This document shows, piece after piece, positions 39,500 through 49,345 of a stretch of DNA of 64,000 nt (position 1 is the stretch's first letter; each line of letters opens with the position of its first letter). The position numbers and the translations under genes were made by a program. The stretch is from Phyllobates terribilis (taxonomy: Eukaryota). Where the stretch lies: assembly GCF_046119375.1 (NCBI RefSeq), contig NW_027362769.1, positions 186,496,001-186,560,000 of the forward strand. Direction: 5' to 3'. The notes under the pieces are model-generated. The model was not told where the DNA came from. It saw nothing but the letters and a program-made list of their open reading frames with translations, and did not search any database.

Positions 39500-40617
39500 A
39501 GTAATGGCGGGTCCTGGCGTCCTTGGCCCAGTCAGTAATGGCGAGTCCTGGCGCCCGCAGCCCAGTCAGTAATGGCGGGTCCTGGCGCCCGCGGCCCAGT
39601 CAGTAATGGCGGGTCCTGGCGTTCGCGGACCAGTCAGTAAAGGCAGGTCCTGGCGCTCGCGGACCAGTCAGGTATGGCGGGTCCTGGCGCTCGCGGCCTA
39701 GTCAGGTATGGCGGGTTCTGGCGCTCGCGGCCCAGTCAGGTATGGCGGGTCCTGGCGCTCGCGGCCCAGTCAGGTATGGCGGGTCCTGGCGCTCGTGGCC
39801 CAGTCAGCAATGGCGGGTCCTGGCGCTCGCGGCCCAGTCAGCAATGGCGGGTCCTGGCGCTCGCGGCCCAGTCAGCAATGGCGGGTCCTGGCGCTCGCGG
39901 CCCAGTCAGCAATGGCGGGTCCTGGCGCTCGCGGCCCAGTCAGCAATGGCGGGTCCTGGCGCTCGCGGCCCAGTCAGCAATGGCGGGTCCTGGCGCTCGC
40001 GGCCCAGTCAGCAAAGGCGGGTCCTGGCGCTCGCGGCCCAGTCAGCAATGGCGGGTCCTGGCGCTCGCGGCCCAGTCAGCAATGGCGGGTCCTGGCGCTC
40101 GCGGCCCAGTCAGCAATGGCGGGTCCTGGCGCTCGCGGCCCAGTCAGCAATGGCGGGTCCTGGCGCTCGCGGCCCAGTCAGCAATGGCGGGTCCTGGCGC
40201 TCGCGGCCCAGTCAGCAATGGCGGGTCCTGGCGCTCGCGGCCCAGTCAGCAATGGCGGGTCCTGGCGCTCACGGCCCAGTCAGCAATGGCGGGTCCTGGC
40301 GCTCGCGGCCCAGTCAGCAATGGCGGGTCCTGTTGCTCGCGGCCCAGTCAGGTATGGCGGGTCCTGGCGCTCGCGGCCCAGTCAGGTATGGCGGGTCCTG
40401 GCGCTCGCGGCCCAGTCAGGCATGGCAGGTCCTGGCGCCCGTGGCCAGTCAGTAATGGCGGGTCCTGGCACTCGCGGCCCAGTCAGTAATGGCAGGTCCT
40501 GGTGCCCGCAGTCTAGTCAGGTATGGCAGGTCCTGGCACCCGCGGCCCAGTCAGTAATGGTGGGTCCCGGATCTCGTGCCCAGTCAGTAATGGCGGGTCT
40601 TGGCGCTCGCGGCTCAC
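39500..40617. repeat. 34-bp GC-rich tandem array, about 33 copies
   Basis: Unit GGCGGGTCCTGGCGCTCGCGGCCCAGTCAGCAAT. Confidence 0.96.
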
Positions 40618-40720
40618 CTCTCAGGGTCAGCAGCAGGATCGGGTCTGAGCCGGTGCTGCTCTCAGTCAGCTTAGCCGCCAGCTCCAGGATCCGGGGGTCC
40701 ACAGCCTGCTCCGCGCTCAT
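40618..40720 (-). CDS. IQCB1: IQCB1 coding exon 1 (ATG at 40720; acceptor 3 nt upstream)
   Basis: tcttctctgacgcag|GAG ATG; MSAEQAVDPRILELAAKLTESSTGSDPILLLTLR (human DPRILSIAAEV); donor GTGAGC. Confidence 0.93.
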
Positions 40721-40897
40721 CTCCTGCGTCAGAGAAGACAGAACAGATTATAGCGGCACGTTCCATCCTAGCACGATGGCCATCGCAGACAACGAAGTGT
40801 TAGCAATGTTCTAAGAAACAGGTGCATCTCACTAAATTAGAATATCATCAAAAAGTTAATTTATTTCAGTTCTTCAATACAAAAAGTGAAACTCCTA

Positions 40898-41949
40898 TAT
40901 TATATAGAGTCATTACACACAGAGGGATCTATTATATAGTCATTACACACAGAGGGATCTATTAGATAGAGTCATTACACACAGAGTGATCTATTATATA
41001 GAGTCATTACACGCAGAGGAATCTATTATATAGAGTCATTACACGCAGAGGGATCTATTATATAGAGTCATTACACACAGAGTGATCTATTATATAGAGT
41101 CATTACACACAGAGGGATCTATTATATAGAGTCATTACACACAGAGGGATCTATTATATAGAGTCATTACACACAGAGGGGTCTATTATATAGAGTCATT
41201 ACACACAGAGGGATCTATTATATAGTCATTACACACAGAGGGATCTATTAGATAGAGTCATTACACACAGAGTGATCTATTATATAGAGTCATTACACGC
41301 AGAGGAATCTATTATATAGAGTCATTACACGCAGAGGGATCTATTATATAGAGTCATTACACGCAGAGGGATCTATTATATAGAGTCATTACACACAGAG
41401 GGATCTATTATATAGAGTCATTACACAGAGGGATCTATTATATAGAGTCATTACACACAGAGGGATCTATTATATAGAGTCATTACACACAGAGCGATCT
41501 ATTATATAGAGTCATTACACACAGAGCGATCTATTATATAGAGTAATTACACACAGAGCGATCTATTATATAGAGTCATTACACACAGAGGGATCTATTA
41601 TATAGAGTCATTACACACAGAGGGATCTATTATATAGAGTCATTACACACAGAGGGATCTATTATATAGAGTCATTACACACAGAGGGATCTATTATATA
41701 GAGTCATTACACACAGAGGGATCTATTATATAGAGTCATTACACACAGAGTGATCTATTATATAGAGTCATTACACACAGAGGGATCTATTATATAGAGT
41801 CATTACACGCAGAGGGATCTATTATATAGAGTCTTTACACGCAGAGGGATCTATTATATAGTCATTACACACAGAGGGATCTATTATATAGAGTCATTAC
41901 ACACAGAGGGATCTATTATATAGAGTCATTACACACAGAGGGATCTATT
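40898..41949. repeat. 32-bp array in the left inverted repeat, about 33 copies
   Basis: Unit TATTATATAGAGTCATTACACACAGAGGGATC. Confidence 0.96.
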
Positions 41950-42079
41950 TCACGTGGTTATTTCTGTTAATGTTAATGATTATGGCTTACAGCCAATGAA
42001 AACACAAAAGTCATTATCTCAGTAAATTAGAATACTTTATAACAGCAGCTTGTCGTCCTCCTGAAATGTCTGTTCAGTA

Positions 42080-42710
42080 AATGCCCTCAATACTTGGTCG
42101 GCTCCTTTTGCATCAATTACTGCATCAATGCGGCAATGTGGCATGGAGGGATCAGCCTGTGGCATGGAGGGATCAGCCTGTGGCATGGAGGGATCAGCCT
42201 GTGGATCAGCCTGTGGCATGGAGGGATCAGCCTGTGGCCCTGCTGAGGGGTTATGGAAGCCCAGGTGGCTTTGATAGCAGCCTTCAGCTCGTCTGCATTG
42301 TTGGGTCTGGTGTCCCTCATCTTCCTCTTGACAATACCCCATAGATTCTCTATAATAGATCCTCTATGGGGTTAAGGTCAGGCGAGTTTGCTGCCAATCA
42401 AGCACAGTGATACTGTTGTGTGTAAACCAGGTATTGGTACTTTTGGCCGTGTGGACAGGGGCCAAGTCCTGCTGGAGAATGACATTTCCATCTCCATAAA
42501 GCTTGTCGGCAGAGGGAAGCATGAAGGGCTGTAAAATGTCCTGGTAGACGGCGGCGCTGACTTTGGTCTTGATAAAACACAGTGGACCTCCACCAGCAGA
42601 TGACATGGCCCCCCAAACCATCACTGATTGTGGAGACTTCACACTAGACCCCCAGCTGCTTGGATTGTGGCCTCTCCACTCTTCCTCCAGACTCTGGGAC
42701 CTTGTGGAGT
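42080..42710 (-). pseudogene. C-terminal half of a Tc1 transposase, decayed
   Basis: PQSVMVWGAMSSAG...QQDLAPVHTAKST...MRDTRPNNADELKAAIKATWASIT; contains a small 21-bp tandem amplification at about 42138-42235. Confidence 0.85.
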
Positions 42711-42922
42711 GTGTCAGTGACTGCCTTCTGGACATCTGTCAAGTCAGCAGTCTTCCCCATGATTGTGGAGCCTACTGAAACAGACTAAGGGACCTTTTTA
42801 AACGCTTAGGAAGCCTTTTCAGGTGTTTTTTGTTAATTATTCTAATTTACTGAGATAATGACTTTTGTGTTTTCATTGGCTGTAAGCCATAATCATCAAC
42901 ATTAACAGAAATAAACACGTGA

Positions 42923-44702
42923 AATAGATCCCTCTGCGTGTAATAACTCTATATAATAGATCCCTCTGCGTGTAATGACTCTATATAATAGATCCCTCTG
43001 CGTGTAATGACTCTATATAATAGATCCCTCTGCGTGTAATGACTCTATATAATAGATCCCTCTGCGTGTAATGACTCTATATAATAGATCCCTCTGCGTG
43101 TAATGACTCTATATAATAGATCCCTCTGCGTGTAATGACTCTATATAATAGATCCCTCTGCGTGTAATGACTCTATATAATAGATCCCTCTGCGTGTAAT
43201 GACTCTATATAATAGATCCCTCTGCGTGTAATGACTCTATATAATAGATCTCTCTGCGTGTAATGACTCTATATAATAGATCCCTCTGCGTGTAATGACT
43301 CTATATAATAGATCCCTCTGCGTGTAATGACTCTATATAATAGATCCCTCTGCGTGTAATGACTCTATATAATAGATCCCTCTGCGTGTAATGACTCTAT
43401 ATAATAGATCCCTCTGCGTGTAATGACTCTATATAATAGATCTCTCTGCGTGTAATGACTCTATATAATAGATCCCTCTGCGTGTAATGACTCTATATAA
43501 TAGATCCCTCTGCGTGTAATGACTCTATATAATAGATCCCTCTGCGTGTAATGACTCTATATAATAGATCCCTCTGCGTGTAATGACTCTATATAATAGA
43601 TCCCTCTGCGTGTAATGACTCTATATAATAGATCCCTCTGCGTGTAATGACTCTATATAATAGATCCCTCTGCGTGTAATGACTCTATATAATAGATCCC
43701 TCTGCGTGTAATGACTCTATATAATAGATCCCTCTGAGTGTAATGACTATATAATAGATCACTCCGCGTGTAATGACTCTATATAATAGATCACTCTGCG
43801 TGTAATGACTCTATATAATAGATCGCTCTGTGTGTAATGACTCTATATAATAGATCGCTCTGTGTGTAATGACTCTATATAATAGATCCCTCTGTGTGTA
43901 ATGACTCTATATAATAGATCCCTCTGTGTGTAATGACTCTATATAATAGATCCCTCTGTGTGTAATGACTCTATATAACAGATCCCTCTGTGTGTAATGA
44001 CTCTATATAATAGATCCCTCTGTGTGTAATGACTCTATATAATAGATCCCTCTGTGTGTAATGACTCTATATAATAGATCCCTCTGTGTGTAATGACTCT
44101 ATATAATAGATCCCTGTGTGTAATGACTCTATATAATAGATCACTCTGTGTGTAATGAGTCTATATAATAGATCACTCTGTGTAATGAGTCTATATAATA
44201 GATCACTCTGTGTGTAATGACTCTATATAATAGATCCCTCTGTGTGTAATGACTCTATATAATAGATCCCTCTGTGTGTAATGACTCTATATAATAGATC
44301 CCTCTGTGTGTAATGACTATATAATAGATCACTCTGCGTGTAATGACTATATAATAGATCCCTCTGTGTGTAATGACTATATAATAGATCCCTCTGTGTG
44401 TAATGACTCTATATAATAGATCCCTCTGTGTGTAATGACTCTATATAATAGATCCCTCTGCGTGTAATGACTATATAATAGATCACTCTGCGTGTAATGA
44501 CTATATAATAGATCCCTCTGTGTGTAATGACTCTATATAATAGATCCCTCTGTGTGTAATGACTCTATATAATAGATCCCTCTGTGTGTAATGACTCTAT
44601 ATAATAGATCCCTCTGTGTGTAATGACTCTATATAATAGATCACTCTGTGTGTAATGATTCTATATAATAGATCCCTCTGTGTGTAATGACTCTATATAA
44701 TA
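42923..44702. repeat. 32-bp array in the right inverted repeat, about 56 copies, reverse complement of 40898-41949
   Basis: Unit AATAGATCCCTCTG(C/T)GTGTAATGACTCTATAT. Confidence 0.96.
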
Positions 44703-44753
44703 TAGGAGCTTCACTTTTTGTATTGAAGAACTGAAATAAATGACCGTTTAGAT

Positions 44754-46741
44754 CAGGGGTCTCAAACACGCGGCCCGCCCCTCCGACTGCTTCATGCGGC
44801 CCGCAGGCACATAGACCCCATAACGATCGCGGCTCTCTCCAGCAGCCGCCTCCATCAGTGCCGTAGTGCAGTGTATTGCTGCGCAGAGACTAGCTCTCTG
44901 CACAGCAATACCAGTGTCAGCCGCCAGCCTATCAGAGGCCAGCAGCTGACATCTGCGTCCCATCGCAGCGGCGTATGACATCACTGCCATGCGCAGAGGT
45001 CAGCTGCTGGCCTCTGATAGGCCGGCGGCTGACACTGGTATTGCTGTGCAGAGAGCCGGTCTCTGCGCAGCAATACACTGCACTACGGCACTGATGGAGG
45101 CGGCTGTTGGAGAGAGCCGCGATAGTTACGGGGTCTGTGCCTGCGGGCCACAGGTGCAGGAAGGACGCCGAGGGAACGGAGGACAGGTGAGAACAATCTT
45201 TTTTTTTTTTTCTGTCATGTCTATGTGAAATACCTGGGGAGGGAACCTGTGCACAGTATATGGGGGGGGAGGGAACCTGTGCACAGTATATGGGGGGGGG
45301 AGGGAACCTGTGCACAGTATATGGGAGGGGGGAGGGAACCTGTGCACAGTATATGGGGGGGGGGGGAGGGAACCTGTGCACAGTATATGGGGGGGGGAGG
45401 GAACCTGTGCACAGTATATGGGGGGGAGGGAACCTGTGCACAGTATATGGGGGGGGGGAACCTGTGCACAGTATATGGGGGGGGGAACCTGTGCACAGTA
45501 TATGGGGGGGGGAACCTGTGCACAGTATATGGGGGGGGGAGGGAACCTGTGCACAGTATATGGGGGGGGAGGGAACCTGTGCACAGTATATGGGGGGGGA
45601 ACCTGTGCACAGTATATGAGGGGGGGGGGGTGGAGGGAACCTGTGCACAGTATATGGGGGGGGAAGGGAACCTGTGCATAGTATATGGGGGGGACGACCT
45701 GTGCACAGTATATGGGGGGGGAGGGAACCTGTGCACAGTATATGGGGGGGGGGAGGGAACCTGTGCACAGTATATGGGGGGGGAGGGAACCTGTGCACAG
45801 TATATGGGGGGGGAGGGAACCTGTGCACAGTATATGGGGGGGGAGGGAACCTGTGCACAGTATATGGGGGGGGGAACCTGTGCACAGTATATGGGGGGGG
45901 GAACCTGTGCACAGTATATGGGGAGGAGGAGGATACCTGTGCACAGTATATGGGGGGTACCTGTGCGCAGTATATGGGGGGGTGACCTGTGCACAGTATA
46001 TGTTGGAGGGGGGGGTGACCTGTGCACAGTATATGGGGGGTATGACGTGTGCACAGTATATGGTGGGGTGACCTGTGCACAGTATATGGTGGGGTGACCT
46101 GTGCACAGTATATGGGGGGGGTGACCTGTGCACAGTATATGGGGGGGTGACCTGTATACAGTATATGGGAGGGTGACCTGTATACAGTATATGGGGGGGT
46201 GACCTGTGCACAGTATATGGGGGGGGTGACCTGTGTGCAGTATATGGGGGGGGGGTGACCTGTGTGCAGTATATGGGGGGGGTGGACCTGTATGGGGGAC
46301 GTGTCTGCAATATGGCGACCTGGATGGAGGACGTGTCTGCAATATGGCGACCTGGATGGGGGAAATGTCTGCAATATGGGGACCTGGATGGGGGACGTGT
46401 CTGCAATATGGGGACCTGGATGGGGGATGTGTCTGCAATATGGGGACCTGGATGGGGGATGTGTCTGCAATATGGGGACCTGGATGGGGGATGTGTCTGC
46501 AATATGGGGACCTGGATGGGGGATGTGTCTGCAATATGGGGACCTGGATTGGGGATGTGTCTGCAATATGGGGACCTGGATGGGGGACGTGTCCACAATA
46601 TGAGGACCTGTTCAAAAGGTGTATAGAAAAAAAAAATGGTATCACTAAAAATGTCACTTTGTCCTGCAAATAATGCGGCCCCCCAAATTAAATGCTTTTT
46701 CCGTGTGTGGCCCATATACCCAGCTGAGTTTGAGACCCCTG
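44754..46741. mobile_element. Non-autonomous hAT (Buster/Charlie type) element, copy 2
   Basis: CAGGGGTCTCAAAC ... GTTTGAGACCCCTG; perfect TSD GTTTAGAT (44746-44753, 46742-46749); shares sub-terminal sequence with 10296-11399. Confidence 0.94.
45235..46610. repeat. G-rich minisatellites inside hAT copy 2
   Basis: GGGAACCTGTGCACAGTATATG(G)n units to about 46290, then a 32-bp unit GGGGACCTGGATGGGGGATGTGTCTGCAATAT. Confidence 0.93.
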
Positions 46742-47081
46742 GTTTAGATATCCTTATGTAGTGAGAAGCTCCTGTACTTTGTGTGTCAGCTTCCCACCAT
46801 TCTGACGATCTCTGCTCGCGGTCTGCCCGATCCCTTGTTATCATCCCGCCGCCGCCTGTCCTGACATTTCTTACACTCCTCTGTGAACCTGCGCTGCGGA
46901 CTGATACATTGTATCAAAAGGAGGAATCAGAAGAATAAACTCCAGGGCAAAAAAAATGCCCACTGGTGATGGGGAGACTCTAAAGGGTTAAGGACCAAGC
47001 CAGGCAGGCTACCAGGGGTTAATGAAACCAGTAATGGCCGCCGCCGCCCCGTCCCCAGGTCCCGCCCCCGCCCGCACTCAC

Positions 47082-47130
47082 GGAGCAGTTGCTCTGTCCT
47101 CTCAGACCGACTGCCTAAGATGAATTTTAT
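47082..47130 (-). other. IQCB1: Putative non-coding first exon of IQCB1 (5' end uncertain)
   Basis: Consensus donor CCG|GTGAGT at 47081 on the minus strand; the ATG exon has an acceptor, so an upstream UTR exon is required. Confidence 0.5.
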
Positions 47131-47133
47131 CAA

Positions 47134-47146
47134 GTCGCTAAGCAAC
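47134..47146. promoter_or_regulatory. RFX X-box
   Basis: GTCGCTAAGCAAC fits GTYRCY-N-RGYAAC; it lies beside the inferred start of a ciliary transition-zone gene. Confidence 0.55.
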
Positions 47147-47341
47147 CGGATACAACTCCAGTCAGGCGGCTGCTCTTAGCTAGGCCTCAGCCGCGCTGCA
47201 TCCTGGGAAATGAAGTGATTGGCTGTCACTGAGCTGGTGACTGAAGTAACCGACAGAGGGCGCCTATTTCTGCAGCGCTGCACGAGCAGCAGCCGTTTTC
47301 ATGGAGTGACAATCGCTGGTCTGCGGAGGGCGGTAACCGGG

Positions 47342-47352
47342 AAGATGGCGGC
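47342..47352 (+). promoter_or_regulatory. YY1 motif
   Basis: AAGATGGCGGC consensus within the CpG island. Confidence 0.45.
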
Positions 47353-47594
47353 GACTGTGAGGACACGGCTATGACACCAGCTGAGCCTCCTTGTTTTCTA
47401 CAGATCGCATCTACAGGGGGAAACAGAAAGGCGGAGTTAACACGTGACGCCACAACATGATAGCGAATCAGGTTAGTCAGCGCTGCTGAGGGACCAATGA
47501 CCGTCGTCTGTGGGGCAGGCTCCGCCCCGCGGTGTCTGCCGTGCGGTGTAACCGGCTGTCTGAGGGCAGATGGTTGGTGCCGGTGTCCGCGACC

Positions 47595-47697
47595 ATGAAT
47601 GGCGCCGTCTGCTCTCTGTTCGACACCAAGGAACGAGTGCTGAAGCTCGGGGAAAGCTTCGAGAAGCAGCCGCGCTGCGGATTCCACACCATCAGAT
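47595..47697 (+). CDS. EAF2: EAF2 (ELL-associated factor 2) coding exon 1
   Basis: Kozak GACCATGA; MNGAVCSLFDTKERVLKLGESFEKQPRCGFHTIR; donor T|GTGAGG. ERVLKLGESFEKQPRC and the IQCB1 neighbour favour EAF2 over EAF1. Confidence 0.95.
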
Positions 47698-47739
47698 GTG
47701 AGGAGGGAGCGGACAGCTGCTACCGGCTGTGGGGGAGGA

Positions 47740-49345
47740 AGAGGCCCGGGAGAGCTGTCACCGGGGGAAAGGAGGAGGGGGCCCGGGAGAGCTGTCACCG
47801 GGGGAAGGGAGGAGGGGGTCCGGGAGAGCTGTCACCGGGGGAAAGGAGGAGGGGGCCCGGGAGAGCTGTCACCGGGGGAAAGGAGGAGGGGGCCCGGGAG
47901 AGCTGTCACCGGGGGAAAGGAGGAGGGGGCCCGGGAGAGCTGTCACCGGGGGAAAGGAGGAGGGGGCCCGGGAGAGCTGTCACCGGGGGAAAGGAGGAGG
48001 GGGCCCGGGAGAGCTGTCACCGGTGGAAGGGAGGAGGGGGTCCGGGAGAGCTGTCACCGGGGGAAAGGAGGAGGGGGCCCGGGAGAGCTGTCACCGGGGG
48101 AAAGGAGGAGGGGGCCCGGGAGAGCTGTCACCGGGGGAAAGGAGGAGGGGGCCCGGGAGAGCTGTCACCGGGGGAAAGGAGGAGGGGGCCCGGGAGAGCT
48201 GTCACCGGTGGAAGGGAGGAGGGGGTCCGGGAGAGCTGTCACCGGGGGAAGGGAGGAGGGGGTCCGGGAGAGCTGTCACCGGGGGAAAGGAGGAGGGGGC
48301 CCGGGAGAGCTGTCACCGGGGGAAAGGAGGAGGGGGCCCGGGAGAGCTGTCACCGGGGGAAAGGAGGAGGGGGCCCGGGAGAGCTGTCACCGGGGGAAGG
48401 GAGGAGGGGGCCCGGGAGAGCTGTCACCGGGGGAAAGGAGGAGGGGGCCCGGGAGAGCTGTCACCGAGGGAAAGGAGGAGGGGGCCCGGGAGAGCTGTCA
48501 CCGGTGGAAGGGAGGAGGGGGTCCGGGAGAGCTGTCACCGGGGGAAAGGAGGAGGGGGCCCGGGAGAGCTGTCACCGGGGGAAAGGAGGAGGGGGCCCGG
48601 GAGAGCTGTCACCGGTGGAAGGGAGGAGGGGGTCCGGGAGAGCTGTCACCGGGGGAAGGGAGGAGGGGGTCCGGGAGAGCTGTCACCGGGGGAAGGTAGG
48701 AGGGGGTCCGGGAGAGCTGTCACCGGTGGAAGGGAGGAGGTGGTCCGGGAGAGCTGTCACCGGGGGAAGGGAGGAGGGGGCCCGGGAGCACTGTCACCGG
48801 GGGAAGGGGGGTGAGGAGCGGGCCCGGGAGCGCTGTCACCGGGTGAGGAGGGGGCCCGGGAGCGCTGTCACTGGGTGAATGGGGGTGAGGAGGGTGCCCG
48901 GGAGAGCTGTCACCGGGGGAAGGGAGGAGGGTGCCCGGGAGAGCTGTCACCGGGGGAAGGGAGGAGGGGGCCCGGGAGCGCTGTCACCGGGGGAAGGGAG
49001 GAGGGGGCCCGGGAGCGCTGTCACCGGGGGAAGGGAGGAGGGGGCCCGGGAGCGCTGTCACCGGGGGAAGGGAGGAGGGGGCCCGGGAGCGCTGTCACCG
49101 GGGGAAGGGGGGTGAGGAGCGGGCCCGGGAGCGCTGTCACCGGGTGAGGAGGAGGCCCGGGAGCGCTGTCACTGGGTGAATGGGGGTGAGGAGGGGGCCC
49201 TTGAGTGCTGTCACCGGGGGAAGGGGGGTGAGGAGGGGGCCCGGGAGTGCTGTCACCGGGGGAAGGGGGGTGAGGAGGGGGCCGGGAGCGTTGTCATCGG
49301 GGGAAGGGGTGAGAGGAGGGGGTCCGGGAGCGCTATCACCGGTCA
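47740..49345. repeat. 37-bp G-rich tandem array, about 43 copies
   Basis: Unit GGGGGCCCGGGAGAGCTGTCACCGGGGGAAAGGAGGA; G-quadruplex-prone. Confidence 0.96.

Larger units (their letters stand above)
40819..46774 (-). mobile_element. Internally deleted Tc1 (IR/DR type) with both inverted repeats expanded into satellites and a hAT inserted in the right repeat
   Basis: Left end CAGGTGCATCTCACTAAATTAGAATATC; degenerate right end GATATCCTTATGTAGTGAGAAGCTCCTG|TA; inner IR segments 41950-42037 and 42835-42922 are complementary. Confidence 0.85.
47030..47730. promoter_or_regulatory. CpG-rich bidirectional promoter region between IQCB1 and EAF2
   Basis: High CpG density, GC boxes (CCGCCCC), divergent genes; the same head-to-head pair exists in human. 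Confidence 0.75.

Noticed and set aside
38201-40814. ASPPPSGPLL-repeat and AGPGARGP-repeat ORFs (collagen- or extensin-like appearance)
   Set aside because: Pure intronic tandem repeats; the same peptides cycle through all frames.
44932-46844. Pro/Tyr/Cys-rich ORFs of 480-570 aa
   Set aside because: Translation of poly-G/C minisatellites inside a non-autonomous hAT; variable homopolymer lengths do not preserve frame.
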